Positions 16,845-26,390 of a stretch of DNA of 64,000 nt are shown here, piece after piece. The first letter of the stretch is position 1. Every line of letters begins with the position of its first letter. This DNA is from Mycobacteriales bacterium (GTDB lineage: Bacteria > Actinomycetota > Actinomycetes > JAFAQI01). Made by a program: the position numbers and the translations under genes. The stretch covers positions 12,476 through 76,475 of the forward strand of contig DASZTL010000108.1 in NCBI GenBank assembly GCA_035548055.1, read 5' to 3'. The notes beneath the pieces are model-generated. The model made no database searches and had not been told where the DNA came from. It saw nothing but the letters and a program-made list of their open reading frames with translations.

Positions 16845-17189
16845 ATGTCCTTCACCTGTACCCCCGCCGCCTTCGATGATGAGACGGCCGCGGTTCGCGA
16901 GATCGAAGCCCGAGGGTGGCACGCGGTGACCTTCCCGGCCCCCGCCGAAGTGTCGGAATGGCACTGGCACGACTTCGAAGCGCTGATCTACATCCTCGAG
17001 GGCACACTGCGCATCCAGTTCGAGGACGGCGCGGAAGAGTTCGTCTGCGAGCCGGGCACCCGTGTCGAGACCGCCGATCGAGTCGTCCACCGAGAGGTCA
17101 CGGATGGCTACCGGGCTGTCTTCGGTCTCAGTGTCGCTCCAGCCACGCTGACCAGCCCGATCAACAAGCCGGCCTCCCAACTGGTCTGA
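16845..17189 (+). CDS. Cupin-domain protein
   Basis: HWHDFEALIYILEGTL ... VHREV two-His cupin motifs. Confidence 0.6.
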   Translation: MSFTCTPAAFDDETAAVREIEARGWHAVTFPAPAEVSEWHWHDFEALIYILEGTLRIQFEDGAEEFVCEPGTRVETADRVVHREVTDGYRAVFGLSVAPATLTSPINKPASQLV

Positions 17190-17215
17190 CAAGACGCGCA
17201 CGGCAGGATGGGAGC

Positions 17216-18046
17216 GTGGAGTTCGACCCGTACGAGCCGTACGGGGCCTTGGTCGACTCGACTCTGCGCCTCATCACATGGAACGTGTGGGCACGGTTCG
17301 GCAACGCCGACGCGCGCCAACGGCAACTCGAGGATGAACTTACCGCGCATCAACCGGACATCGTCTGCCTCACGGAAGCCTGGGCCGGGTCGACGACAGA
17401 CCAGGCTTCGGTGGTCGCGGACCAACTCGGCCACAGCGACTCCCGCTTCCTTGGAGCCAGATCCGAGGAAGCGGAGTGGTCATCGGGTATTGCGATCACG
17501 TCACGATGGCCGATCGCCGCACACTCGCATCACGACTTGACCACGCGCGACGGTGAAGTGCGCGGGTTGCTCGGGCACGTCGAGGTCGATGGTCCCCGCG
17601 GGCGGATCCAGGTCTTCGGCGTGATGCTCGACTACCCGCTCGGTGCAACCGCGGGCCGCCTCCATCAGGTGCAGCAGATGCTCGACGTCGTGGCGGGATC
17701 GATCGATCGCCGAGCGATCACCGTCCTCTGCGGTGATTTCAATGCCCCACCGGACAGTGACGAGATCCGCGTCCTGACGGGGCGGTCGGCCGGGCCGGGC
17801 GGCCTCGTCTTCTACGACGCATGGGAAGTCGCCGGCGACGGCGGACCTGGCATCACGTTCGCACGAGACAACCCGTTGGCCGCCGCAAGCCTGTTCCCAG
17901 ACCGACGCTTCGACTACGTGTTCTCGGCGTGGCCGCGAGGCGGCGGCCGCGGGCATCCGGTCAATGCGCAGATCGTGGGGCGTCCGGAACCGCCAGGACC
18001 GCCCGCCTCAGACCACTACGGCGTACTTGCCGATCTCCGCTACTAG
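17216..18046 (+). CDS. Endonuclease/exonuclease/phosphatase (EEP) family protein
   Basis: LRLITWNVWARFG, CLTEAW, LCGDFNAPPDSDE and SDHYGVLADL, which are the EEP catalytic motifs. GTG start assumed at 17216. Confidence 0.7.
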   Translation: MEFDPYEPYGALVDSTLRLITWNVWARFGNADARQRQLEDELTAHQPDIVCLTEAWAGSTTDQASVVADQLGHSDSRFLGARSEEAEWSSGIAITSRWPIAAHSHHDLTTRDGEVRGLLGHVEVDGPRGRIQVFGVMLDYPLGATAGRLHQVQQMLDVVAGSIDRRAITVLCGDFNAPPDSDEIRVLTGRSAGPGGLVFYDAWEVAGDGGPGITFARDNPLAAASLFPDRRFDYVFSAWPRGGGRGHPVNAQIVGRPEPPGPPASDHYGVLADLRY

Positions 18047-18049
18047 CGA

Positions 18050-19045
18050 TCAGTCGCGCGGGTGACGGTCGAGCAATGCCGGACGGTGGGCGGCTTCTCC
18101 GCCGAACAGCTCGCGGAGGGCATGGACTCGCTTGAGATACAGATGAGCGTCGCACTCCCAGGTGACGCCGATCCCGCCGTAGATCTGAATCGCCTCGCGC
18201 GCATTCGACAGCGCTGCGTGCTCGGCGACCACACGCGCGGCGGCTGCCTGGAACCGAGCGTCCTCGGTGCCTTCGGTCACGCTGAGGGCCGCGAACGTGA
18301 GCTGGGCCTCAGCCAGAGCGGCCCCGACCGCCATGTCCGCGCACCGGTGCTTGATTGCCTGGAAGGCGCCGATCGCGGAGCCGAACTGCTCGCGGGTCTT
18401 CGCGTAGTCCACCGACAGGTCTCGTGTCGCAGCCGCGATCCCGGTCAGCATCGCGCTAACGAGCACCGAGCCGCGGGCCACGATCGGTTCCTCTCGCGGC
18501 GCCGAGACGATCGGCTCGCCGAACAGGTTGGCGGTCTCGCGTCGCGTCAGCGGGTCCAGCCCGGGCTGATCGGTTCTGCCCGACGCCATCGCCGCGGGCA
18601 AGAGCTCGACCTCCTGCGATCCGAACACCACGAGGTACGTCGCGTCAGCCGCGTCGTACAGGACCGCCGGCCCGTTGTCCGGCCGGGCGGCGAGGCCGGC
18701 ACGAGCCTGCCCTGCCAGCAACGCCATAGCCGCGTCGGCGGCTCCGCCTAGGGCGGCGATGCGCGCCGCAAGAATCGTTGCGAGGAACGGCCCTGGCACG
18801 ATGCGGCGGCCAAGCTCGACGAAGAGCAGGGCTTCGTCGATCAGGTCGAAGCCAGTGCCACCGTGCTCCTCCGCCAGGCCGAGCCCGAACCAGCCGAGCT
18901 CGCCGGCCGAACGCCACAGCGCGTCGAGCGGCGCGTTGTCGCCGTCGAGAACCCTACGGACGGCCTCGATCGGCATCAGGTCATCGAGCAGCTCGGTGAC
19001 CGCCGCGACGATCGACCGCTGGTCGTCGGAAAGCAGCAGATCCAT
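18050..19045 (-). CDS. Acyl-CoA dehydrogenase family protein, short beta-type partner (331 aa)
   Basis: ACAD C-terminal motifs (REQFGSAIGAFQAIKHRCADM; IQIYGGIGVTWECDAHLYLKR). Start corrected to the internal ATG 8 nt after the upstream ACAD stop. Confidence 0.8.
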   Translation of the reverse strand: MDLLLSDDQRSIVAAVTELLDDLMPIEAVRRVLDGDNAPLDALWRSAGELGWFGLGLAEEHGGTGFDLIDEALLFVELGRRIVPGPFLATILAARIAALGGAADAAMALLAGQARAGLAARPDNGPAVLYDAADATYLVVFGSQEVELLPAAMASGRTDQPGLDPLTRRETANLFGEPIVSAPREEPIVARGSVLVSAMLTGIAAATRDLSVDYAKTREQFGSAIGAFQAIKHRCADMAVGAALAEAQLTFAALSVTEGTEDARFQAAAARVVAEHAALSNAREAIQIYGGIGVTWECDAHLYLKRVHALRELFGGEAAHRPALLDRHPRD

Positions 19046-19052
19046 GGCGCGG

Positions 19053-20201
19053 CTACCGCGGCAATCCGAGCACGCGCTCACCGATGATGTTGCGCTGGAT
19101 GTCCGACGTCCCACCTGCGATCGTCTCCGTGTAGGAGAACAGGTAGTCCTCGTCCCAGGTGGCGGTGGTGATGCCCGGCAGATCAGAGCCGGGACCGACG
19201 ATCTCCAGCGCAAGCCGCATCAGACGCTGCCGGAGCTCCGTGTAGGCCAGCTTGACCAGCGACCCCTCCGGGCCTGGCACCGCGAGATCCGAGTTGCGCA
19301 TCGCGTTGGTGTAGGTCAGCGCTCGCAGCGCGGCGATCTCGGCACGTGCGGTTGCGAGCCGCTCGATCAGCTCGGGCCGGTACGCCGCCGCGTCGGTCTG
19401 CTGCAGATAGCCGGCCAGCCGCTCGGCGATCGCGGCGAGCTGCACCTGCCCGTGGGTGAACGCCGTGCCTCGCTCGAACGACAGCGTCGACATCGCGACC
19501 CGCCAACCATCGTTGATCGCGCCGACGACGTTGGCGAGTGGGATCCGGACCTCGTCGTAGAAGACCTCGCAGAAGTGGCTGAGCCCGTCAAGGGTCTTGA
19601 TCGGGCGGATCGTGATGCCGGGCAGCCGCATGTCGCAGATCACCCAGGTGAGGCCCTTGTGCTTGGGGACGCTCGGATCGGTGCGCAGGAGCAGCTCCTG
19701 ATAGTCCGCCAGGTCGGCGAAGCTGGTCCAGAGCTTCTGCCCGGTGACGACCAGGGCGTCGCCGTCGACCACGCCAGTCGTGCGCAGCGAGGCCAGGTCG
19801 GAGCCGGCCTGTGGTTCAGAGAATCCCTGGCACCACAGCGCCTCACCGCGCAGGATCCTCGGCAGGTGAAACGCCTTCTGATCCTCGGTGCCATTGGCGA
19901 TCAGCGTCGGGCCGGCGTGATTAACCGCGACGAACCGGCTGTCGATGTCCGGGGCGCCGATCAGTGCGCACTCCTCGAGCCAGATCAGCTGCTGCAGGAC
20001 GGGCAGCCCGAGTCCGTCGTACTCCTTCGGCCAGGACACCCCCGCCCAGCCGCCGGCCCACTGCCGTCGTTGCCACTCGAGGTCGAACTCCCGCATCGCC
20101 GGGCCGTCGTTGGGTCGCGGCTCACCGGGGTAGTTCGCGCGCAGCCACTCCCGCGCCGCCTGCCGAAAGGCCAGGTCCGCCGGCGCGAGGGCGAGCTCCA
20201 T
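19053..20201 (-). CDS. Acyl-CoA dehydrogenase (alpha-type, 382 aa)
   Basis: Full ACAD sequence: CQGFSEPQAGSD, VVTGQKLWTSFA and GGTSDIQRNIIGERVLGLPR. Confidence 0.85.
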   Translation of the reverse strand: MELALAPADLAFRQAAREWLRANYPGEPRPNDGPAMREFDLEWQRRQWAGGWAGVSWPKEYDGLGLPVLQQLIWLEECALIGAPDIDSRFVAVNHAGPTLIANGTEDQKAFHLPRILRGEALWCQGFSEPQAGSDLASLRTTGVVDGDALVVTGQKLWTSFADLADYQELLLRTDPSVPKHKGLTWVICDMRLPGITIRPIKTLDGLSHFCEVFYDEVRIPLANVVGAINDGWRVAMSTLSFERGTAFTHGQVQLAAIAERLAGYLQQTDAAAYRPELIERLATARAEIAALRALTYTNAMRNSDLAVPGPEGSLVKLAYTELRQRLMRLALEIVGPGSDLPGITTATWDEDYLFSYTETIAGGTSDIQRNIIGERVLGLPR

Positions 20202-20222
20202 CTGGTGAGAGAGACGGAACTG

Positions 20223-21425
20223 CTAAGCGGCGGTCTTCTCGAGGATGTGAACGCCGCACGCCGAGCCGAGACCGATGACGTGTGCGAGGCCGAGCTTGGC
20301 GCCCTCGATCTGTCGGTCGCCCGCCTCACCGCGCAGGTGGTGGCAGACCTCCCACACGTTGGCGATGCCCGTCGCGGCGATCGGGTGTCCCTTGGACTGG
20401 AGCCCGCCCGACACGTTGACCGGCGTGCTCCCGGTGCGATGCGCGGCACCCGACTCGAAGAAGTCGACGGCGTTCCCCTCGCTGCACAGCATCAAGTTGT
20501 CGTAGTGCACGAGCTCTGCGGTCGCGAAGCAGTCGTGCAGCTCGACGAGGTCGAGGTCTTCCGGCCCAACGCCCGCCTTCTCGTAAGCCTGCTTGGCCGC
20601 GTTGCGGGTGAGCGTGTTGACGTTCGGGAGGATCTGGCAGCCGGCCTCGTACGGATCGGTGGTGAGGACGGAGGCCGCAATCCGGATCGCTCGCTTGCGC
20701 TGGTCATCCGACAGCGTCTTCAGCTTCTCGTCGCTCACGAGGACGGCCGCGGCCGCGCCATCACAGTTCGCCGAGCACATCGGCCGCGTGTTCGGGTAGG
20801 CGATCATCATGTCGCCCATGATCTGCTCGACAGACATCGCCTTGGTGTAGGCCGCCAGCGGGTTCAGCGTCGAGTGCATGTGGTTCTTCTCGCTGATCCG
20901 GGCGAACAGCTCGAAGCTGACCCCGCCGTACTTGTGGCCGTACTCCATGCCGATCTGGGCGAACGTGCCCGGCATGTTCTCCGTGCCGACCCGCCCGTCG
21001 AGGCCCATGATCGCGCCCTGCCTGCCGGACGGCTCCCAGGTGTCGCCCTGCTTCTTCGGGCCACCGACGCCGAGCAGACCGGCGCCGGAGAGCTTCTCGA
21101 CACCGACCGCGAGACCCATGTCGACCTCGCCTGACTTGATCGCCATGACCACGGTGCGCAATGCAGTCGCACCGGTCGCGCAGGCGTTGGCGACGTTGTA
21201 GACCGGGATGCCGGTCTGGCCGATCTGCTTCTGCAGCTGCTGACCGAGCGCGCCGCCGCCCATCAGGTTGCCTGCCGCGAGAATGCCGATGTCGCGCATC
21301 GACACGCCGCCGTCGGCGAGCGCTCCGCGCGCTGCCTGCGCGGCAAGCCCGACCGAGTCGATCTCGGGGTGCTTGCCGAACTTCGTCATCGTGATCCCGA
21401 GGATCCAGACGTCGCCGCTAGCCAT
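20223..21425 (-). CDS. SCP-x/Ltp-type thiolase (lipid-transfer-protein family)
   Basis: Thiolase-fold sequence with NVANACATGATAL and a C-terminal GHPIAATGIANVWEVCHHLRGEAG. Start corrected to ATG 21425, which has an AAGGAGAAGG Shine-Dalgarno. Confidence 0.85.
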   Translation of the reverse strand: MASGDVWILGITMTKFGKHPEIDSVGLAAQAARGALADGGVSMRDIGILAAGNLMGGGALGQQLQKQIGQTGIPVYNVANACATGATALRTVVMAIKSGEVDMGLAVGVEKLSGAGLLGVGGPKKQGDTWEPSGRQGAIMGLDGRVGTENMPGTFAQIGMEYGHKYGGVSFELFARISEKNHMHSTLNPLAAYTKAMSVEQIMGDMMIAYPNTRPMCSANCDGAAAAVLVSDEKLKTLSDDQRKRAIRIAASVLTTDPYEAGCQILPNVNTLTRNAAKQAYEKAGVGPEDLDLVELHDCFATAELVHYDNLMLCSEGNAVDFFESGAAHRTGSTPVNVSGGLQSKGHPIAATGIANVWEVCHHLRGEAGDRQIEGAKLGLAHVIGLGSACGVHILEKTAA

Positions 21426-21435
21426 TGCCTTCTCC

Positions 21436-21843
21436 TTACGCGGGCGCGAACCCGAAGCCGATGGCCTCGGTTCCAGCGCTGTCGGTTCCAAGGGAGTACG
21501 TCGTGAGGCGCACCTTCATTCCGAGCTTCACGTGCTCGGGGTCCGGCGTCACATCGATGAGGTTGCCGCGCACCGGCGTACCGCCGCAGTCAATGACGGC
21601 GGCAACGAACGGCGCATCCACACCAGGCGGCGCGTAGGCGACGATCGTGAACGAGGTGACCTCTCCCTCGGTCGGCACATCGACCGAGCGGAAGACGGCC
21701 TCGAAGCAGCTCGCGCACGCGTCACGGTGGTCGAAGTAGCGAGCGCTGCAGACGGTGCATTCTTGCGCAACCAGGTGCGGCTCGGGCTCGAGCGCCAGGT
21801 AGTCGACGAGCGGGATCCGGGTGGCGGTGTCGGTGGTAGTCAT
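21436..21843 (-). CDS. DUF35 OB-fold/Zn-ribbon protein (partner of SCP-x thiolases)
   Basis: CTVCSARYFDHRDACASC rubredoxin-like Zn ribbon followed by an OB-fold region, as in the ChsH2-DUF35/Ltp2 partners. Confidence 0.75.
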   Translation of the reverse strand: MTTTDTATRIPLVDYLALEPEPHLVAQECTVCSARYFDHRDACASCFEAVFRSVDVPTEGEVTSFTIVAYAPPGVDAPFVAAVIDCGGTPVRGNLIDVTPDPEHVKLGMKVRLTTYSLGTDSAGTEAIGFGFAPA

Positions 21844-21920
21844 CGAATGGCATCATCACATACAGATCACTACGACGCCGAAGTACCTGCCAGGTCCGCG
21901 GCGACAGGAAAGGAGCGGGC

Positions 21921-22235
21921 GTGCCACTGAAGTCAGGGCAGCGGCTGCGCAGCCAGGTCTGCACCACGGAGGTCATCGTCGTGCGGGTCCCGGCGGACGA
22001 CATCACGCTCTCCTGCGGCGGTGCGCCGATGGTCGAGCTGGGCACGGACGTCGCCGAGGGCGGTACGCCGGCGGCCGGGCTCGACGAGGGCACGCTGCTC
22101 GGCAAGCGGTACACGACGGATGATGCCGACGGCACCCTCGAGCTGCTGGTGACGAAGGGCGGCGACGGCACCCTCGCCGGCAACGGCGTGCCGCTGGTCA
22201 CCAAGGAGTCGAAGCCACTGCCGTCGAGCGACTAG
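21921..22235 (+). CDS. Hypothetical protein (104 aa)
   Basis: High GC3 and coherent codon usage. No motif recognised. Confidence 0.45.
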   Translation: MPLKSGQRLRSQVCTTEVIVVRVPADDITLSCGGAPMVELGTDVAEGGTPAAGLDEGTLLGKRYTTDDADGTLELLVTKGGDGTLAGNGVPLVTKESKPLPSSD

Positions 22236-22258
22236 CACCGCGCGACCAACCCACCCTC

Positions 22259-23113
22259 ATGAGTGCTCCTGCCGCCCCGGCGTGGTTCGAAGCCGCCATT
22301 GCAAAGGTGCCGACCCACCACGACATCGAGGTCGACGGCGTGCGCATCCACTACCGAGCCTGGGGCGAGAAGGGCGACCTCCCCGGCGTGGTCCTGCTCC
22401 ATGGCGGCGCGGCTCACTCCGGATGGTGGGATCACATAGCGCCACAGCTTGCCGGCAAGCGACGCGTGATGGCCGTCGACCTGAGCGGGCACGGCGACAG
22501 CGAGTGGAAGCCGGAGTACGACCGGTCGCAGTGGGCGCGCGAGGTGGTCGCCGCGGTGCGCGCCGAGGGACTCGATCCGGCGGTCTTCGTCGGCCACAGC
22601 ATGGGTGGCTGGGTGTCGGTGTTCGCCGGGGTCGTCGAGCCGTCCGCCGTACGGGAGATCGTCGCCATCGACTCGCCGTTCACCGAGGTGCCGCCGGAGG
22701 AGGAGCCGATCGCCGCCCGCCGGCCACCGACGAAGGTCTACGCGTCCCTGGACGACGCCATCGCGCGCTTCCGCACCGTGCCGCCACAGGACGGCAACCT
22801 TGACTACGTCTCCCACCACATCGCGGTCGAGTCGCTCCGCCGAGTCGAGGGCGGCTGGACCTGGAAGTTCGACCCGGGGATCTTCGGACAGCGCGGTTGG
22901 GTACGCAACCTGCTTCCCCGCCTCGAAGCGCCGCTCACCCTCATCCGCTGCGAACGCGGCATGGTCGAGGACCCGATGGTCGAACGAATCTCCGAGCTGC
23001 ATCGACACGGCGTCAACATCGTCACACTCCCGAAGGCCGGACACCACGCGATGTGCGACCAACCGGAGGCGCTGGTAGCGACCCTGCGGCCACTCCTCGA
23101 CGCGATCACCTGA
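22259..23113 (+). CDS. Alpha/beta hydrolase
   Basis: VVLLHGGAAHSGWW, nucleophile elbow GHSMGG, and a C-terminal GHHAM catalytic His. Confidence 0.8.
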   Translation: MSAPAAPAWFEAAIAKVPTHHDIEVDGVRIHYRAWGEKGDLPGVVLLHGGAAHSGWWDHIAPQLAGKRRVMAVDLSGHGDSEWKPEYDRSQWAREVVAAVRAEGLDPAVFVGHSMGGWVSVFAGVVEPSAVREIVAIDSPFTEVPPEEEPIAARRPPTKVYASLDDAIARFRTVPPQDGNLDYVSHHIAVESLRRVEGGWTWKFDPGIFGQRGWVRNLLPRLEAPLTLIRCERGMVEDPMVERISELHRHGVNIVTLPKAGHHAMCDQPEALVATLRPLLDAIT

Positions 23114-23228
23114 CCGGACGGCCTTACGGCGTGTAGATCGCGTCGATCCGGACGACCCGCCCAGGCCGGAACCTGAGCCAGTAGTTGCCGAGACGCCCAT
23201 AGTGACCGGAAGGCGGCCTTTCCGCGAT

Positions 23229-23723
23229 CTAGGAAGTTGCGCTCGGAGTGCCGATGACCGACGCCAACGCCGCGCTCACCGGGCCCAGGGTGTGCCCGCA
23301 GGCATCGACCGGCAGGTGCGCGATCAGCGCCACCGTCTTCGTTCTCGCGATCACGGTCGGGAGAAGTTCGGCGTACGCCGGGCAGGCCTGCTGGCCCTTG
23401 GCGGCCTCGTCCGGAAGCGACAACGCCGCCAGGAAGCTCTGGAAGCGGGTACTGCCTCGAACCAGTGAGACGGGGCGGTCCGGGCGGTTGAACGGCTCGG
23501 GTGCCGAGACTGGACACACCCGGAGCTCGAGAACGTCGGAAGGCGGCAGCCGCACCGCCTTGCCGGCCGCTTTCGCGTTGCAGGCGAAAGCGGATAGCTC
23601 GGTGCCGCGAATCCCGCGCGGGCCGGCCGAATGACTGCCTCCCCCGTCGCTGCTGCAGCCGGCCACAACGGCCACGGCCGCCGCGGCGACGGCGAGTCGA
23701 CCTAGACGGTAGGAAAGCCGCAT
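23229..23723 (-). CDS. Hypothetical lipoprotein
   Basis: Signal peptide with an LVAGC lipobox (AVAVVAGCSSDGG). Start taken at an internal Met. Confidence 0.5.
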   Translation of the reverse strand: MRLSYRLGRLAVAAAAVAVVAGCSSDGGGSHSAGPRGIRGTELSAFACNAKAAGKAVRLPPSDVLELRVCPVSAPEPFNRPDRPVSLVRGSTRFQSFLAALSLPDEAAKGQQACPAYAELLPTVIARTKTVALIAHLPVDACGHTLGPVSAALASVIGTPSATS

Positions 23724-23762
23724 GCTCCTTGGACGTGCGCGACAGCTCATCGGTTCGCGGGA

Positions 23763-25127
23763 TCAGCCCGCCGGCGGGTCGAAGGTCACGGCTCGACGAA
23801 CCGTTGAGGTCGATGCGCCGAGCGTGTACTGCTGCTGGCGGTCAGGCGGGCCGAGATCGACGCTGAACTTGATCCGGCCGCGAGCGTCAACGCGTACCTC
23901 CCGTCGAGTCGCCCCGCGAAGCTCCACGCGATGGAGCTTGCCGAACAGCGGCGGCGTCGTGACGGTCGTCAGGCCCGACCCAGTGACAGTCACTCTTCGG
24001 TCCCCCACGACACGCAACACAAGGAACTCGAGGGCCCGCCGCGAGTCCGCGGCAACGCGCCAGCCATAGCTGCGAAACCGTGGCTCGATCGATCGGTAGC
24101 TGAACGAGCGTGGGTCGGTAGCCGGATGTGCGAATTGTCGAGCCAGCACGCGCAGGGTGTCCGTGATCTCTCGTTTGAAGTTCGGCGGGGTGTGACAGCC
24201 AGGACCGTAGTCCTCCCAGAGATGCGGGATGTGCAACGCGTTGAGCTTGCGAGTGAAGTTGAGGCTGCCCTGATGAACCCCGGCCTCGATGACGCAGGAC
24301 GGGCTGTCCGCCGACAGGAGGTGCTCGCCGATGCCCGGGTTGGGAAAGCCGTTCGCCGTACGTACCTGCACCCGTGTTCGTCTCAGGTTCGCCGCGAGGT
24401 CAGTCGGGTTGTGGCCGTGCCAGCGAACGCCCTGCGTTGCCTGGGACCCGTAGATCGCATCGACCGCCCCGCCCTGAAAGGTCGGGCTAGCGCTCAGAAC
24501 CGCGGCGATCGGCTGGAAGTTGGTATCGACCGCACCGGACAACGTGGCGGCCTCGCCGAACAGATCGGGGTGACGGGCGGCGAGCATCATCGCGCCGTAC
24601 CCGCCCATGGAGACGCCGATCACGGCCCGCTCGGCGCGCGTCGGAATCGTGCGGAACCGACGGTCGATCAGCGGGATCAGCTGGTCGATGACAAAGGTCT
24701 CGTAAGCGGGCGCACCCTTCGCGCCGCCGTTGTACCAGTCGCTCCACCACCCGCTGTCACCATTCGGCGACACCGCGATCGCAGGAAAGCGCCGAGTCAG
24801 CTTCACGCCGTCGACCACATGATTCAAAGACGCGTAGGTGTTCATGATGCCGGCGAGGAAGTAGGTCACGGGCCAGCGCTTGTGCGGGTGCGCGTGGTAG
24901 CCGACCGGCAGGTCCACGTCGACCTTGGTGGGCGTGGTGAAGGCCGGTGTACGAAGCGTCAGCTCGACGACCCGGGACCCCTGTCGCTCCACCTTGACGA
25001 GCTGTACGCCGTGAGCTTGCGCGACAGCCCGCTGGGGCGACGTCGCGCTCAGCGGACCACCCGTTGGCAACGTGACCGCGGTGCCGGCAACGAGCGCAGT
25101 GACAACCAGACGAACCCCTGCAGGCAC
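23763..25127 (-). CDS. Secreted esterase (esterase D/Ag85-like alpha/beta hydrolase)
   Basis: N-terminal signal peptide, then VTYFLAGIMNTYASL ... GVSMGGYGA (the GxSxG motif). Confidence 0.75.
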   Translation of the reverse strand: MPAGVRLVVTALVAGTAVTLPTGGPLSATSPQRAVAQAHGVQLVKVERQGSRVVELTLRTPAFTTPTKVDVDLPVGYHAHPHKRWPVTYFLAGIMNTYASLNHVVDGVKLTRRFPAIAVSPNGDSGWWSDWYNGGAKGAPAYETFVIDQLIPLIDRRFRTIPTRAERAVIGVSMGGYGAMMLAARHPDLFGEAATLSGAVDTNFQPIAAVLSASPTFQGGAVDAIYGSQATQGVRWHGHNPTDLAANLRRTRVQVRTANGFPNPGIGEHLLSADSPSCVIEAGVHQGSLNFTRKLNALHIPHLWEDYGPGCHTPPNFKREITDTLRVLARQFAHPATDPRSFSYRSIEPRFRSYGWRVAADSRRALEFLVLRVVGDRRVTVTGSGLTTVTTPPLFGKLHRVELRGATRREVRVDARGRIKFSVDLGPPDRQQQYTLGASTSTVRRAVTFDPPAG

Positions 25128-25152
25128 CAGCCGACACTAGTGCGGCGCACCG

Positions 25153-26370
25153 CTAACCCAGCGCGCCGGACTCGCGATGTGTCGTCACCTCGTTCCACTC
25201 CATCCCGAGCTCGAGCAGGACCTCCTCGGTGTGCTGCCCGAGTTCCGGCGCGGCTCGGCCTGACGACGTCGGCTCACCGTCGAACTGGTACGGCGGCGCG
25301 ACGAGCCGGAACGAGCTCCCGTCACCGCGGGTCACGTCGCTCAGGTAGTGGTTGGCGGCGACCTGCTCGTCCTCGTGCAGCTCGGTGAAGCTCTGTGCCG
25401 CCGACCAGACGCCGCTGAACCCGGCCAGGATCTGCCGCCACTCGTCGAGGGTCTTCGCCGCGAAGATCGCATCCAGCTCGGCGACGCACGCTCGCCGGTT
25501 CTTGTAGCGGGCAACCTGGTCGACGTACCGCGCATCGTCTGCCAGCTCGGGGCGTCCCATCAACCCGCACAGCTCCGGCCAGAATCGATCGGACTGCAGG
25601 CAGACCAGCGAGATCCACCGGTCGTCGGAGGTTCGGTAGAAGCTCGCGATCGGGTTGCCGGCGTTCTTGCGATCCGCGCGGAACAGCTGTCCGGTGTAGG
25701 GCGCCGCGACGATGTCGGGACTCATGCTCCACATCCCGGCGTTGAGCAACGACACGTCGACGACGCCACCCTCGCCGGTGCGCTCGCGACGGAACAACGC
25801 CATCGCGACGGCACCTGCGATGTAGCTCGAACCTTGCAGGTCGTAGAACGCGGCCGGTTGCATCGCTGGGCTCTCGGTGCCGGGCTCGGTCAGCTTGTAC
25901 ATCGCGCCGCCGCCGGCCCACGCGGCCGCGGCGTCGTACCCGCCGACGTCGACCTTCGGGCCGGCGCTCCCCCAGCCCGACCCGCGCACATAGACAAGGC
26001 GCCGATTCACCGCGCACAGGTCGTCGACGTCGATGCGCATCCGCTCGCGCAACTTCGGCAGGTAGCTGGTCAGGAACACATCCGCGGTCTCGATCAGTCG
26101 CAGCAGCAGGTCGTGGCCGCCGTCGGACTTCAGGTCGAGGGTGACGCTGCGCTTGCCGTGGTTCGGAATCTCGATGAACGGGTTGGGTCCGCCCTCGGAC
26201 TGGCTGAGCAGGTTCATCAGCCCGCGCTGCGGATCGCCGGTCGGCGGCTCGATCTTGATGACGTCGGCACCCAGGTCCGCCATGATCGCGCCGGCACCCG
26301 GGACGAACGTCCAGGCCGCGACCTCGACGACGCGGACGCCGTCGAAGGGCTTGTTCCCCGCCTTCACCAC
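25153..26370 (-). CDS. CoA-transferase family III (CaiB/BaiF) protein
   Basis: PFDGVRVVEVAAWTFVPGAGAIMADLGADVIKIEPP, the canonical N-terminal signature of this family. Confidence 0.85.
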   Translation of the reverse strand: MVKAGNKPFDGVRVVEVAAWTFVPGAGAIMADLGADVIKIEPPTGDPQRGLMNLLSQSEGGPNPFIEIPNHGKRSVTLDLKSDGGHDLLLRLIETADVFLTSYLPKLRERMRIDVDDLCAVNRRLVYVRGSGWGSAGPKVDVGGYDAAAAWAGGGAMYKLTEPGTESPAMQPAAFYDLQGSSYIAGAVAMALFRRERTGEGGVVDVSLLNAGMWSMSPDIVAAPYTGQLFRADRKNAGNPIASFYRTSDDRWISLVCLQSDRFWPELCGLMGRPELADDARYVDQVARYKNRRACVAELDAIFAAKTLDEWRQILAGFSGVWSAAQSFTELHEDEQVAANHYLSDVTRGDGSSFRLVAPPYQFDGEPTSSGRAAPELGQHTEEVLLELGMEWNEVTTHRESGALG

Positions 26371-26390
26371 GCGGCGTAGCGTAACGATCC

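Noticed and set aside
18675-21134. 819-aa ORF on the + strand, the largest in this region of the track
   Set aside because: It is antisense to the ACAD pair and the thiolase. Its composition is extreme Arg/Ala/Pro/Gly low-complexity, typical of a GC-rich off-frame. The real genes are on the minus strand and carry clear family motifs.
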